Origin: a virus
Direction: 5' to 3' (one strand)
UHGV virus genome: UHGV-1372291
DNA length: 37,769 nucleotides
The position numbers and the translations under genes are program-made. Of this stretch, positions 9,070 through 19,088 are shown piece after piece; position 1 is the stretch's first letter, and every line of letters begins with the position of its first letter. The notes beneath the pieces are model-generated. The model had not been told where the DNA came from, did not search any database, and saw only the letters and a program-made list of their open reading frames with translations.

Positions 9070-11059
9070 TTATACCACCTAGTTTTAAAATAATTGGTTT
9101 ACCATCTTTGTCTTGAGCAACCATTCCGCCATACATAAATACTGCAACGTTTGCTCCAGGCTTGCTTGAAACTCTTAATTCTTTTTTTCTGATATTGGTT
9201 CCGTTGATGTAAAACTCGTTATCAGCTACAAATGTATTTATTCCTTTTGCTATTTCATCAGCATTAGCGTTTTCATCAGTTAAAATCATTCCATATTTAC
9301 CAGTATCAACAGTTTTATAATTTATTATTTTAGGAATAATACTTGCCATTTTTCTATCAACATTTTTTCTAACATCATCATTTTCATTGTAAAAAGCTTG
9401 TAATACTTTGGTTTTTTGTTCTTTATTCAACGAATCTAAGGTTACATCAAAAACTTCTAAGTCTGCTTTTTTAGCTAAGTCTTTAGTAAGTATGCCACCA
9501 GTTTGTCTAAATAATTCAACTTTTATGCTATCACTATACATTTTTTCAAAATCTTCTATAAATCTATTAGAGGCTTTATCTCCTGCTAAAGAGGCAGCGT
9601 TTAAAGCTTCTAGTGTAGCCCCTGCTGCTGGAGTAGTAGATTCTTTAACATAATAAGAATTTAATACATTTTCATATGCTAAAGCTACTTCTGATGATAT
9701 ATTAAATTTTTCTATTCCATCAAAATTAGCAACTTCTATTCCTTTGAAACTTTCTATTGTTTGTCTGTTTGTAGAATCATATAAGTCATTATAAAGAGAT
9801 TGTACTTCTGGTTGAGAAAAATATGCTCTTGTAAGCATGCTTCCACCAGCAATATTTTTATTGGTGCTATCTAAATAATCTTCTGATATTTCTTTACTAC
9901 CATAAGAACCTGTATTTTTAACCATTGCTTCTGCTCTATCATTCATTATTGAGGCACCATTTAAAGTGGTATTATCATAAATATGGTCTGTGTTATCAAA
10001 TCCCTTTTCTTGCCACCCCATATCCAAACCTAACATATTAGCTTCCTCTACTGAAGATACATTTGTGCCATTAATTTCATTTATTATTTGGAGTTGCACA
10101 CTTTCTGGTATAGGATAATCTTTAGGAAGTTTACTTTTCTTTATATAGTATTCTCTAGGCTTAGTTTTTCTTTTCATATCATCTTCTATTTGTTCAGCTA
10201 AAGTCATTTCTCCAGCCATTTTTTTTCTGTTTTCTATTCTATTTATTGAAGATGATATTGTGCTTTTAAATTTTTTGTATTCATCAATACCAAGTCTTAC
10301 TTCTCCAAATTCACTAGAAAATTGTAAATCTTTATAATGATATATAAATTCCTCTGGTGTCCACTTATCCATTTGAATTAATAGTTCTTCTCCACCAGGC
10401 ATATTTTCATATGACATAATATTACTTTCTATAAGAGTTGGAATCTGTTCTCCTAGTGTTTCTATTGCTTTAGCTTTGGTTATAAATTCAGCGTCAATCA
10501 TTTTTTCTAAATCATCAACTAAAGAGTAGAAATTATTAATTCCTCCTGTATAATCTCCATTTAAAAATCTTGTATTTAAATTTTCTTTTTTTTGAGCTAG
10601 AATAAATTCTGCTTCATCTTTTTGAATTTTCTCATTATAGTCATTATATTCAACTAAATAATTTACATTTGATTTTTCAAGCTCTCCTGTTACCATAGAA
10701 CTATATTTTTCTAATATAGAATCATCTATTCCTAATTCCTTTCCATCTTTTTTAAATTGCTCTATATTAGCTTTTATTTCACTCTCTAAAGAGTTATAAG
10801 AATCAAAATTATGGAATAATTTTTTATTTATTTTTCCCTGGTTATCTCTATCTAATATCATTTTAGACATAGAGGCAGCAAATTGCTGCCCGAATGTTTC
10901 TGCTTGTATTAAGTCTTGTTTTTGTTTTTTCTGGAAAAGTTCCTCAAGTTTACTAGCTGCATTTCTCTCTACTCCAAAATCTGCAGCTATATTTAATTGT
11001 GGTAGTGCTCTACCAGTTGGTCTATTTATTTTTAAAGGTTGTATTAGTGTTCCTGCCAT
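9062..11059 (-). CDS. virion structural protein (665 aa), function unknown
   Basis: Large ORF in the structural operon; its stop overlaps the giant gene's start. Confidence 0.4.
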   Translation of the reverse strand: MAGTLIQPLKINRPTGRALPQLNIAADFGVERNAASKLEELFQKKQKQDLIQAETFGQQFAASMSKMILDRDNQGKINKKLFHNFDSYNSLESEIKANIEQFKKDGKELGIDDSILEKYSSMVTGELEKSNVNYLVEYNDYNEKIQKDEAEFILAQKKENLNTRFLNGDYTGGINNFYSLVDDLEKMIDAEFITKAKAIETLGEQIPTLIESNIMSYENMPGGEELLIQMDKWTPEEFIYHYKDLQFSSEFGEVRLGIDEYKKFKSTISSSINRIENRKKMAGEMTLAEQIEDDMKRKTKPREYYIKKSKLPKDYPIPESVQLQIINEINGTNVSSVEEANMLGLDMGWQEKGFDNTDHIYDNTTLNGASIMNDRAEAMVKNTGSYGSKEISEDYLDSTNKNIAGGSMLTRAYFSQPEVQSLYNDLYDSTNRQTIESFKGIEVANFDGIEKFNISSEVALAYENVLNSYYVKESTTPAAGATLEALNAASLAGDKASNRFIEDFEKMYSDSIKVELFRQTGGILTKDLAKKADLEVFDVTLDSLNKEQKTKVLQAFYNENDDVRKNVDRKMASIIPKIINYKTVDTGKYGMILTDENANADEIAKGINTFVADNEFYINGTNIRKKELRVSSKPGANVAVFMYGGMVAQDKDGKPIILKLGGIND

Positions 11060-11595
11060 TATTTACCACCCCATAAACTTCCTATCATACTTCCATATCC
11101 TCCACCTTGAATACCTTTATTTTTATTTATACTTGTTATTTCGTCCATTTTTTTCATATGTGTGTAGTCCATAAAGGCATTAGCTACACTTAACCCTGCA
11201 CTCAATCCAAGTTGCTTATAAGTTGCTCCTAAATTATAATTATTTTGAGCTTTGGTTAATTTAAGTCCTCCTTGTATATCCGTTAGTGCTTCACTCTGTC
11301 CTGTCTTAGCTTCTAGGAATGATTTTTCATGTGCTACCATTCCTTTGCTAAATAATGTGCTAGCCGTATCTATTCCAGCATTAGCAAAAGCTGCTTTTTG
11401 AGATTTCATTCTAGTAGTCATCTCTTCCATAGCTGATGTATAGCTCCTCATAGTATTGGTAGTTTCTTTAGCTGCATTTACTTCTGCTGTTAAATTATTT
11501 AATTTTGTTTGATTCTTTGCTCTTCCAGCGTCTGCCACTGAACCGAATAGACTTAGTCCAGTGTTTGCTAATTGCATTATCATTAATGGATTCAT
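11059..11595 (-). CDS. virion-associated protein (178 aa), Gly-rich C-terminus
   Basis: ATGA-type overlap with the downstream gene; sits within the structural gene train. Confidence 0.35.
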   Translation of the reverse strand: MNPLMIMQLANTGLSLFGSVADAGRAKNQTKLNNLTAEVNAAKETTNTMRSYTSAMEEMTTRMKSQKAAFANAGIDTASTLFSKGMVAHEKSFLEAKTGQSEALTDIQGGLKLTKAQNNYNLGATYKQLGLSAGLSVANAFMDYTHMKKMDEITSINKNKGIQGGGYGSMIGSLWGGK

Positions 11596-11610
11596 ATTCT
11601 CACACTCCTC

Positions 11611-13407
11611 TTATCCTATTTCTGCAAATATTCCTACTATTTCAATTTTCTCATTATTGAGTTGCTCTATAACTAATTCCTCTTTTCCAATGTTGGCCAT
11701 GTCTATGTAGTGAATTTTTTCATAAAAATTATCTGTATTTTCTCCAAAGCCTACTGTTTTAGTTTGATTATTTATTTTTAAGTTATAATTTCCATAACAC
11801 AAAATTTTGCAATTTTTAAATCTTGCTTTCATTAAAAATTCTGGAATTGGCATTTGGTAGTTTTGTGACATAGTTGTTTTTGGTAGTTTTAACTTTAAAG
11901 GCTCTACTTCTGTTTCCGAATAAGTATATATATCTATATTTTCATTATTAACATTGAAGATATAGAGTTTATCATCTATATTAAGATATTCATTTATTCC
12001 AGGTAATTTAGGTACTCTAGTCCAACATAATATATTTTCTGAATAATTGTAGCTTAATGCTCTTCCACCACTTACTGTATCTACTCCTATAATGTTGTTT
12101 TTACCTAATTTATGAAAGTAAATATCATTAATGTTATCCATTAAGTGTCCAGAATATAGTGTTACTTCTTGCACTACATAGGCACTATCTGCCCCTACGT
12201 CTTGTATTTGATAGATTCTATTCGAACTATCAACATAGTATATTGCGTCGTCTGCCTCTGTCCAATACCCAAGCCCTTTAGGTCTTGGTAGTTTTTGGTC
12301 GTACAGTGCTGATGTTTCAGTAGTTAGTCCCTCATTTAATTGTGTAGAATAAATTCCTCTATCTGTTATTACTATCAAGGATTTATAAGCTATAAACTCT
12401 TTAACAGTATTAACTTCATTACCAGTAACAAAGGTAGTAAATCCATCATTATCATCTGTTGATTGTCTAAAGTTAGTAGAGTCATATACCCTACTTGACA
12501 CTATAGCTGATGGGTTCCCTGCAACATTTCCGAAGATTACTCTACCTTTATACTCTGCCACTACTGCTGGATAACCTCCATTGAATAGAGATTCAGAGAA
12601 AGTTATATCCAGGATATTTATTTTTCTTTCAGCCTCTGGAGTTGATGAGGTAGGAATATCTATTCCAGTTGCTGGTGCTGTAACTTGTGTAGTGGTTATC
12701 TTTTGTTTCCCATCTCTTCCCTCTATTTTATTAATTCTAAACTCTCCAGCCATATAGGAAATAGTTCCCTCTTTTAATTTGTCCAGGAATGTAGGTTTAA
12801 ATACAGGACTTGAGATAGTAGATTCAAAGACAACACTTGCTCCAGATTGATACCATTGAAATACTTGTTTTTCTTCATCTGTATATTGATATTGAGTTTC
12901 CACTCTTTTTACTGGAGGATTTACTATATTTTCCCAATACTCTACTACATCAAACTCTTGACTATCTTCTGTAACTCTTATCATCTCTGGTTTTTTATTA
13001 GCTACACAAGTTATAACACTGTTTTGGAATTGTGCTATACTTAGATTCTCGATCTCTTCATCTGTATAATTTACTTCTATTTCCTTTATAACTTCAAAGT
13101 TATCTTCTCTTAATATAATTACTTTTAATTCAGTAAATAAAAAAAGATACCCACTAAGCGAGGTATCTTTCTTTTGAATTTTATATTTAAAAATCTTGAA
13201 AGCATTTATAATAGTTTTGGTTGTAACTGCTAGAATAGTAGCAACTTTTTTTAATGCTGGGAAATTAGTTATTCCTGCTGAAGAGGTTATAAGTCCATTT
13301 TCTAAATAGGCTAATCCTCTGTTTGGTATATCTGTATCTACCCTAAAACATAGTGGTGGGTCTATCTCCCCTAAAGAGAACCTCCCCTTTTTTTCATAAT
13401 ATTTCAT
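11611..13407 (-). CDS. virion structural protein (598 aa), possibly tail tubular/baseplate-like
   Basis: Large ORF in the operon; no motif recognised. Confidence 0.35.
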   Translation of the reverse strand: MKYYEKKGRFSLGEIDPPLCFRVDTDIPNRGLAYLENGLITSSAGITNFPALKKVATILAVTTKTIINAFKIFKYKIQKKDTSLSGYLFLFTELKVIILREDNFEVIKEIEVNYTDEEIENLSIAQFQNSVITCVANKKPEMIRVTEDSQEFDVVEYWENIVNPPVKRVETQYQYTDEEKQVFQWYQSGASVVFESTISSPVFKPTFLDKLKEGTISYMAGEFRINKIEGRDGKQKITTTQVTAPATGIDIPTSSTPEAERKINILDITFSESLFNGGYPAVVAEYKGRVIFGNVAGNPSAIVSSRVYDSTNFRQSTDDNDGFTTFVTGNEVNTVKEFIAYKSLIVITDRGIYSTQLNEGLTTETSALYDQKLPRPKGLGYWTEADDAIYYVDSSNRIYQIQDVGADSAYVVQEVTLYSGHLMDNINDIYFHKLGKNNIIGVDTVSGGRALSYNYSENILCWTRVPKLPGINEYLNIDDKLYIFNVNNENIDIYTYSETEVEPLKLKLPKTTMSQNYQMPIPEFLMKARFKNCKILCYGNYNLKINNQTKTVGFGENTDNFYEKIHYIDMANIGKEELVIEQLNNEKIEIVGIFAEIG

Positions 13408-13416
13408 TGTTGCCTC

Positions 13417-13920
13417 CTATCTTAAATCCTCTATATTAATTATTGGAGGATTGTCATGTATAAATTTATTTTGCTCTGCTAAGAAGAGTTCATACAATCT
13501 ACTTAATTCTCCAGCTTTAGAAAGTGGAGCTGCCATCATAATGGCTAAAGATATACTAGCAAGTCTTGTATATTTCTCATCTATTTCTTCTGGGTCTATA
13601 TTTTTCAAATATTTAAATAAAAAATTATTTTTTGAACTGATTAATTTATCCCTATAAGCCTCCACACCACTTGTTAATGATTTAATATACCCATCTGGTT
13701 TTAAGTAAATTATCTTCCCAAGCATATTTTGTACATCAGCTTTTCTTAGTACCACTTCATCTATATTAATTCCATAATTTTCATTTTGTAACATATCATT
13801 TATCATCATCATATAATAGTTATCTCCAACCTTATAAGCTGATGATGTTTCCTGGTCTGCCTCATCATAAGGAAAGCCAAGTTCTAACATAGCTGCTCTA
13901 ATTACTTTGTGTTTTTCCAA
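13417..13920 (-). CDS. hypothetical structural-module protein (167 aa)
   Basis: ORF with a short gap to neighbouring genes. Confidence 0.3.
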   Translation of the reverse strand: MEKHKVIRAAMLELGFPYDEADQETSSAYKVGDNYYMMMINDMLQNENYGINIDEVVLRKADVQNMLGKIIYLKPDGYIKSLTSGVEAYRDKLISSKNNFLFKYLKNIDPEEIDEKYTRLASISLAIMMAAPLSKAGELSRLYELFLAEQNKFIHDNPPIINIEDLR

Positions 13921-14084
13921 TTATCCTGTTACCTCCTTCTATAAATTTTTTCATTACTTTTAGTTGCTCTGGAGTATTTGCTAATTCAACTCCAATTTTT
14001 CCTACAACTAAAAAGAAAGTTCTTGCTTTGATATATTTGTTTTTTAATAAAAATCTCATAAATTTAAAAAATATTATAAATAAT

Positions 14085-14783
14085 TTACCTTTCATTTTCT
14101 TGTGCCTCCTCTAGTATAATATTTTTCTTATACTTGTAATATGTATTCTTAGTTATCCCTAGCAGTGTAAAGACTTCTATATCTTTAAGATTTCCTCCAA
14201 AATCTTTAGCTAGTTTTTTAATTTTCTCTCTCATCTCCTTTTCTTTCTTGGTAGTATAAGTATCTCCTTGTTTTCTACCTAATACAGTTCCTTTAGCTTT
14301 GGTAACTCTTAGTCCCTCTTTTGTTCTTTCTCTAAGGTCTAATACTTCCTTTTCAGCCTGGTCAAATGCTATTTTAATTTGTTCTTGAGCTAATATCTTC
14401 AATACTTCATTGGTTGCGTCTATGTATATATCAGCTATTTTATTTCCTGTTGAATCTATTTTGTTTTCTAAAGCCTTTTTATAAAGGGCTGTGTTAATAT
14501 ATCCCTCTTTTAAAAATATAAGTTCAATATCTCTTTCTACAAAATTAAAATATTCTTTTATTCCCTCTTCTGCATTTCTACTCATTCTACTAACAGAATC
14601 AAATACAATTGTATCTCCAGGTTTAACTATTTTTTTTAGTTTACTCCATTCTTTCCTATCTGTTGTAGTTCCTGTGTATGCTTCTTGAAATACTTTAGCA
14701 GTTGGATATATCTTTATGATATTTTCCACCTGTCTTAAAATATTTTGTTTTTTTGTAGATACTCTGCAATAACCATATATCAT
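14085..14783 (-). CDS. small serine recombinase (resolvase/invertase family: Hin/Gin/Cin or plasmid resolvase type)
   Basis: N-terminus 'MIYGYCRVSTKKQNILRQ' (catalytic-Ser motif YxRVST). 'GDTIVFDSVSRMSRN'. Arm 'AEKEVLDLRERTKEGLRVTKAKGTVLGRKQGD'. C-terminal HTH 'LLGITKNTYYKYKK'. Confidence 0.8.
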   Translation of the reverse strand: MIYGYCRVSTKKQNILRQVENIIKIYPTAKVFQEAYTGTTTDRKEWSKLKKIVKPGDTIVFDSVSRMSRNAEEGIKEYFNFVERDIELIFLKEGYINTALYKKALENKIDSTGNKIADIYIDATNEVLKILAQEQIKIAFDQAEKEVLDLRERTKEGLRVTKAKGTVLGRKQGDTYTTKKEKEMREKIKKLAKDFGGNLKDIEVFTLLGITKNTYYKYKKNIILEEAQENER

Positions 14784-15318
14784 CTTTTATCTCTCCTTTT
14801 AGTATTTATTCTGTCGTTCGTTTCACTTAATACCATAATTATACTATTTTTAGAGATAAAAAACAATGTACTTTTAATACTTTTTTTAATAGGTTTGTTT
14901 TGATACTTTTTTGTGTTTTCTACTTTTTATATTAGTGGTTAAAACTATAAGTAAAAATTGTTTAGGTACAAAGTCACAATCTTTGTATTTTTTACACCTA
15001 CAATATCTAACTTTACTTATAACACTTACTATTTTTTTACCTCTCGGTAAAACTTTATATTTTACTTTGCTATGGTGCTTAGTTTTTTTCTTTTTGTTCC
15101 AGGTTTTCATTTGTTGCCTCCACAAAGATAACACATTCGTTATCTTTTCTTTTGTAGTTGTAACATTCTGGAATGAATCCAGCCGTTTCTAAAGCGACAC
15201 AATAATTTTAAGGTTTTTGAATATACAGCCAGAGCAATCCCCTCTTGATGACTTTAAAACTAATATTTTCTTATTCCCAAAAGTAAATTCTTTTCCAATT
15301 TCAAGATTTTTAAATTCT

Positions 15319-15876
15319 TCATCTGTCATTTCCTCTACTCCATTCATCATCAATTCTTTTTAAATTTCTTTCTCTCTTGCTTATAAAGGCTTTTATAATC
15401 TGGTCTTTATAAAACCCTTTTTCTCTATACATTGAAATTAGAGTCATCAATATATTTATTAAACCAGGAAAAACATATTGAGAATTTGGAAATACTATAC
15501 TTTTTATTAATTCAACTTCATTATCACTGCATAAAAAATCATCTGCTTTCCAAAGTTTATTCCAAGTTTGTTCTAATGATTCTATTGCATATTTTTCTGG
15601 TTCGTAATAATTTACTAATTGCAAATAGAAAAATAATATATCTACTGCCTCTATTAACATTTTTTCTCTATCAAAATCTTCTTTTAACTTCCAAGTTTTA
15701 TGAGTATCTCTAGTTTGCTCGTTAAACTCTATTATTTCAGCTATCATAGATAATAATATATCATCTCTGTATCTGTGTCTTGGTATAAATCCATTAGGTC
15801 TAGGCTTGCTTGCTTCCTCATCAAATTTTGCTTGAAGTTCTAGCAAGTCTTTAAATTTTATCTCTTTTTCTTCCAT
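15319..15876 (-). CDS. all-alpha NTP pyrophosphohydrolase (dimeric dUTPase/dCTPase-like)
   Basis: 'DDILLSMIAEIIEFNEQT' and 'EAVDILFFYLQLVNY' fit the paired helices with an acidic metal-binding pattern of the MazG/HisE/dimeric-dUTPase superfamily. Confidence 0.4.
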   Translation of the reverse strand: MEEKEIKFKDLLELQAKFDEEASKPRPNGFIPRHRYRDDILLSMIAEIIEFNEQTRDTHKTWKLKEDFDREKMLIEAVDILFFYLQLVNYYEPEKYAIESLEQTWNKLWKADDFLCSDNEVELIKSIVFPNSQYVFPGLINILMTLISMYREKGFYKDQIIKAFISKRERNLKRIDDEWSRGNDR

Positions 15877-16085
15877 TCCTCATCTTCTCCCATATTATAA
15901 AATCTTACCTTTGTTTCTCTTTTTGGTGCTGATGTAGTCAATCCTTCGTAATATCTTCTGTTTTTTTCTAAGTTTTTAGCTATCAACTCATCACACATTT
16001 TAGAAATTTTTTTAATTCTTTCTATTTCTTGTATTTTTTCTAAAACAATAGGTGTAACTCCCCAAGGACATTGTTTTCTTTCCAT
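15858..16085 (-). CDS. hypothetical protein (75 aa)
   Basis: ORF in a tightly packed gene train. Confidence 0.3.
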   Translation of the reverse strand: MERKQCPWGVTPIVLEKIQEIERIKKISKMCDELIAKNLEKNRRYYEGLTTSAPKRETKVRFYNMGEDEEWKKKR

Positions 16086-16103
16086 TTATCCCCCTTTTAT
16101 ACC

Positions 16104-16334
16104 TCAAGGTATAATTTTAACTTTTGAGTATTTATCTGCCTCTTTCCAAAACCTTTCCATTTTTCTTTTTTGCAATATAGAACTTATAGTTCTACCTAAT
16201 TTTAAACTAATATCTTTTAAATCATTTCTATAATCTAGTGCATACTCTAAGTCTTTACTTGTCCAAGGTTTGTTATGATTAAAATGATATTTAGGGTTGT
16301 AATTGATTAAATCTTTATTTTTTACCTTTTCCAA
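16104..16334 (-). CDS. hypothetical protein (76 aa)
   Basis: ORF in the gene train. Confidence 0.3.
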   Translation of the reverse strand: MEKVKNKDLINYNPKYHFNHNKPWTSKDLEYALDYRNDLKDISLKLGRTISSILQKRKMERFWKEADKYSKVKIIP

Positions 16335-16336
16335 CT

Positions 16337-16414
16337 CTACCCCCTTATCTTTTGTAATACATCAATTACTATTACTGCTACTACTAACATTAATATAATT
16401 TTAGGTCTTGTCAT
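16337..16414 (-). CDS. 25-aa hydrophobic peptide (MTRPKIILMLVVAVIVIDVLQKIRG), translationally coupled
   Basis: ATG at 16412-16414 overlaps the TGA of the MazG-like gene (ATGA). Single predicted TM helix. Below the ORF-track size cutoff. Confidence 0.3.
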   Translation of the reverse strand: MTRPKIILMLVVAVIVIDVLQKIRG

Positions 16415-17100
16415 TTCATCTCCTTGTTTTTGACTTTGATTCTTTTTATATTCCTATCCATTTTTCTTTTATACTCTTCTTCTAGCTCTTCATCATCAAA
16501 GTTATAAATTTCTTTTAAAAGTTGGAGGCAGATATAAACGTCTGCCATCTCTTCTTTTATCTCTTCTCTCCTATCAAAACCTCTTAAATCCTTACAGATT
16601 TCTTTTTGCAACTCTGATAATTCCTCTACTGCTATCATTTTGTTGACGTCAACACTTTGGTTTTCTAATAAGAGTTTTATATCTGGATTTTCTATTAAAA
16701 TATTTTTATTTAATTTTTTGTTTTCTAATTCTATTTCTTTTTTGGTAGCAAATCCAATATGAGAACTTTTTTTATTTTTCCATAAAAAATTAAATTTTTG
16801 TAACTTGAAAAATGTTTCTTCTTTTTCAATAAACCATTTATCAAAAATTAAAGTATATCTTCCAATTCTTACAACAGTTTGTTGAAAATATGGTATATCA
16901 TCAATTGAAAAATTTTCTGTATAATGTTCAAGAAGATATTTAAAAGCTTTTTCATTTTTTAACACAAAATCCATGTGATTTATTTTTGTTTCTTTCTCAA
17001 AATCTTTTCTTATTTCCTCTTCCATTTCCTCTTTAGTTTTTTTACTATCTATAGACAAATCCAATATTGAACCTGGAATAATATTAAAGCCTCTAAGCAT
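16411..17100 (-). CDS. MazG-domain nucleotide pyrophosphohydrolase (C-terminal MazG-like domain)
   Basis: C-terminal 'VEELSELQKEI...EEIKEEMADVYICLQLLKEI' matches the MazG EExxE...EExxD helical pair. Confidence 0.5.
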   Translation of the reverse strand: MLRGFNIIPGSILDLSIDSKKTKEEMEEEIRKDFEKETKINHMDFVLKNEKAFKYLLEHYTENFSIDDIPYFQQTVVRIGRYTLIFDKWFIEKEETFFKLQKFNFLWKNKKSSHIGFATKKEIELENKKLNKNILIENPDIKLLLENQSVDVNKMIAVEELSELQKEICKDLRGFDRREEIKEEMADVYICLQLLKEIYNFDDEELEEEYKRKMDRNIKRIKVKNKEMK

Positions 17101-17111
17101 TTTTACCCCTC

Positions 17112-17621
17112 CTAGAAAGGAAACTCTCCATCATCTTCTATTATTTTTCCATATTTTTGACTGTATTTTCTCCAAGTAATTGGTTCTTCTATGGTGTCCT
17201 TTATCTCTTTAGCTGTTCTCTTACTCTTAATTTCCACAAACGATTGAACTCTTCTTTCTGTTCTTCCGTCTACATTATGTTTACACTCAACTATAATACC
17301 TATTCCTTTTCCCTCAAGTTCTTCTATAACAAACTTTTCTCCTCTAACTACTGGACTTAATTCTGGTTTATTCTTAGTTAAATACATAAGATGTGCTATG
17401 TGTCTTAAATTAAATGCTATATCTTTTCCATCTTTAGCTTTAAAGAAAAGACTTAAAGGTAATATATCCTCATTTACCTTTATTGTAAGATTTAATGCTA
17501 CTGCCTTGCTATCTCCTGCCTCAAATAATTCTGCTTTTGTTATAACTCCTGTATAACAACCACTCTCTTCAATTATTACGCTATCTGCCTGTTCATTTAA
17601 ATATTTTTCATCTAATGTCAT
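17112..17621 (-). CDS. putative phage SSB-like protein (acidic DDGEFPF C-terminal tail)
   Basis: Ends '...IIEDDGEFPF', resembling the SSB D-D-D-I-P-F interaction tail. An OB-fold-like N-terminus is plausible but not proven. Confidence 0.35.
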   Translation of the reverse strand: MTLDEKYLNEQADSVIIEESGCYTGVITKAELFEAGDSKAVALNLTIKVNEDILPLSLFFKAKDGKDIAFNLRHIAHLMYLTKNKPELSPVVRGEKFVIEELEGKGIGIIVECKHNVDGRTERRVQSFVEIKSKRTAKEIKDTIEEPITWRKYSQKYGKIIEDDGEFPF

Positions 17622-17622
17622 A

Positions 17623-17886
17623 TTATGCCTCCTGTTCCCATTTATCTTTTTGAAATTTTTTATTAAATATTTTAGGTGGATTTACAAACCACTCTACACT
17701 GTCAAAGCCTGTATAGATATAGTTGTTAGGTTCTACTTTCTCATAATCTATCATTATACAGTCCTCAACTTTTCTAACTTGATGGTCTGATAATACCTCT
17801 GCTACTTCCTTATGGTTTTTACCATTAAAAAATACTGCTTTTACTCTGAAATTACTTTCAATATTTCTATATATCATTCCACTCAT
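17623..17886 (-). CDS. hypothetical protein (87 aa)
   Basis: ORF in a 1-nt spaced train. Confidence 0.3.
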   Translation of the reverse strand: MSGMIYRNIESNFRVKAVFFNGKNHKEVAEVLSDHQVRKVEDCIMIDYEKVEPNNYIYTGFDSVEWFVNPPKIFNKKFQKDKWEQEA

Positions 17887-18221
17887 TATTTCTTTTCTCC
17901 TTTTTTATCTTTATCAAATGGTAACTGTTCTTTTTTTATAGCTTCCTCTATCTCTTCTGGGCTTAGTCCTGCTTCAAATTTTTCAAGGAATTTATCATAA
18001 TCTACATTTTTATATTTTCCTTGAGATTTTTCACTATCAAAATATACTTGTAATGCTTGTTTCTTAGATAGTTTTATAGATATTTCTAAATCTCCATCTT
18101 TGTATTTTAAGATAACATTAGCATTACTTACTTGATGTCCAGAAGGAACTAACTTAGTTGTAGGTTTATATTTTTTTCTAAATGATGTATCTACAACCTC
18201 CATAACTTTAATATCTACCAT
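17886..18221 (-). CDS. hypothetical protein (111 aa)
   Basis: ORF overlapping its neighbours by 1-7 nt. Confidence 0.3.
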   Translation of the reverse strand: MVDIKVMEVVDTSFRKKYKPTTKLVPSGHQVSNANVILKYKDGDLEISIKLSKKQALQVYFDSEKSQGKYKNVDYDKFLEKFEAGLSPEEIEEAIKKEQLPFDKDKKGEKK

Positions 18222-18505
18222 TCTTCATCAACTCCTTTTAAAGCTCTTCTAGCTTTTTCTGTTTTATTTTTCTTTATCTTTTTTAATAAGTTTTCAATAC
18301 TAATTTCTTTCCAGCTCTCTGCTCCTCTTTCTAGTATTTTTATAGGATTTTTAGCTTTAGGTTTCATTCTAAAAAAATATCTAGCTGCCTCATACATAGT
18401 TATGAACGATTCCTTAAATTCCATTCTTTTATACTCTTCTCCATTTATAACTACTATTTCTTTGATTGATTCTACTATGTAGTTATAGCTTTCTAAATTT
18501 ATCAT
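18215..18505 (-). CDS. hypothetical protein (96 aa)
   Basis: ORF. Confidence 0.3.
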   Translation of the reverse strand: MINLESYNYIVESIKEIVVINGEEYKRMEFKESFITMYEAARYFFRMKPKAKNPIKILERGAESWKEISIENLLKKIKKNKTEKARRALKGVDEEW

Positions 18506-18616
18506 TGTTACCCCCTTTTTTGCTTATAATCTAATTAAAACATTCAAGTCTTTAAATGTTTTAACTAGAGCATAAGCTCTAGCTTTATGTGTGTTGTAAG
18601 TTATTTTAAGAAAGTT

Positions 18617-19066
18617 TTATTTTTTATGTGCCATTCCTAAAGCAAATCCAAGTCCATACCATATTTGATTTTTAACTCTTTCTAATAGAATTTCAGCTCC
18701 TATTTCCTCTGAATAGTTTTTATCATCTACACTAGAAGTTGATTCTATTCCAGTAAATCCATTAGCTAGTTTATATTCCATTACAGTAGTTTTCTTACCA
18801 AACATAATTTTAGTGTAGATATTTTTCTCTACTATGAAGTCATCTACTAATTTTTCTGGAATTTTATTATTCTCTATTTCATATGCTTGCTCTAAAAATT
18901 TATCTTTAGGACACATAGAAACATATCCATCTTCATAGAATACTTTGAATACTCTTTCATCTCCATCTTCATTAGCTGGTAACTCCCAACCTCTGCTTTG
19001 ACAATATTCTTTCCTACTCATTTCCTCTACTTCTACAACCTTAGTTGTTAGAAATTGCTTTTTCAT
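18617..19066 (-). CDS. hypothetical protein (149 aa)
   Basis: ORF with AGGAGG RBS 8 nt upstream. Confidence 0.35.
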   Translation of the reverse strand: MKKQFLTTKVVEVEEMSRKEYCQSRGWELPANEDGDERVFKVFYEDGYVSMCPKDKFLEQAYEIENNKIPEKLVDDFIVEKNIYTKIMFGKKTTVMEYKLANGFTGIESTSSVDDKNYSEEIGAEILLERVKNQIWYGLGFALGMAHKK

Positions 19067-19088
19067 TCCTACTACCTCCTACCAATTC

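Noticed and set aside
14886-15192. 82-aa very basic minus ORF and 93-aa plus ORF called by the track
   Set aside because: They overlap each other in a region that looks frame-broken. Composition is homopolymer-driven (K/F runs). They are treated as part of a possible pseudogene region rather than as genes.
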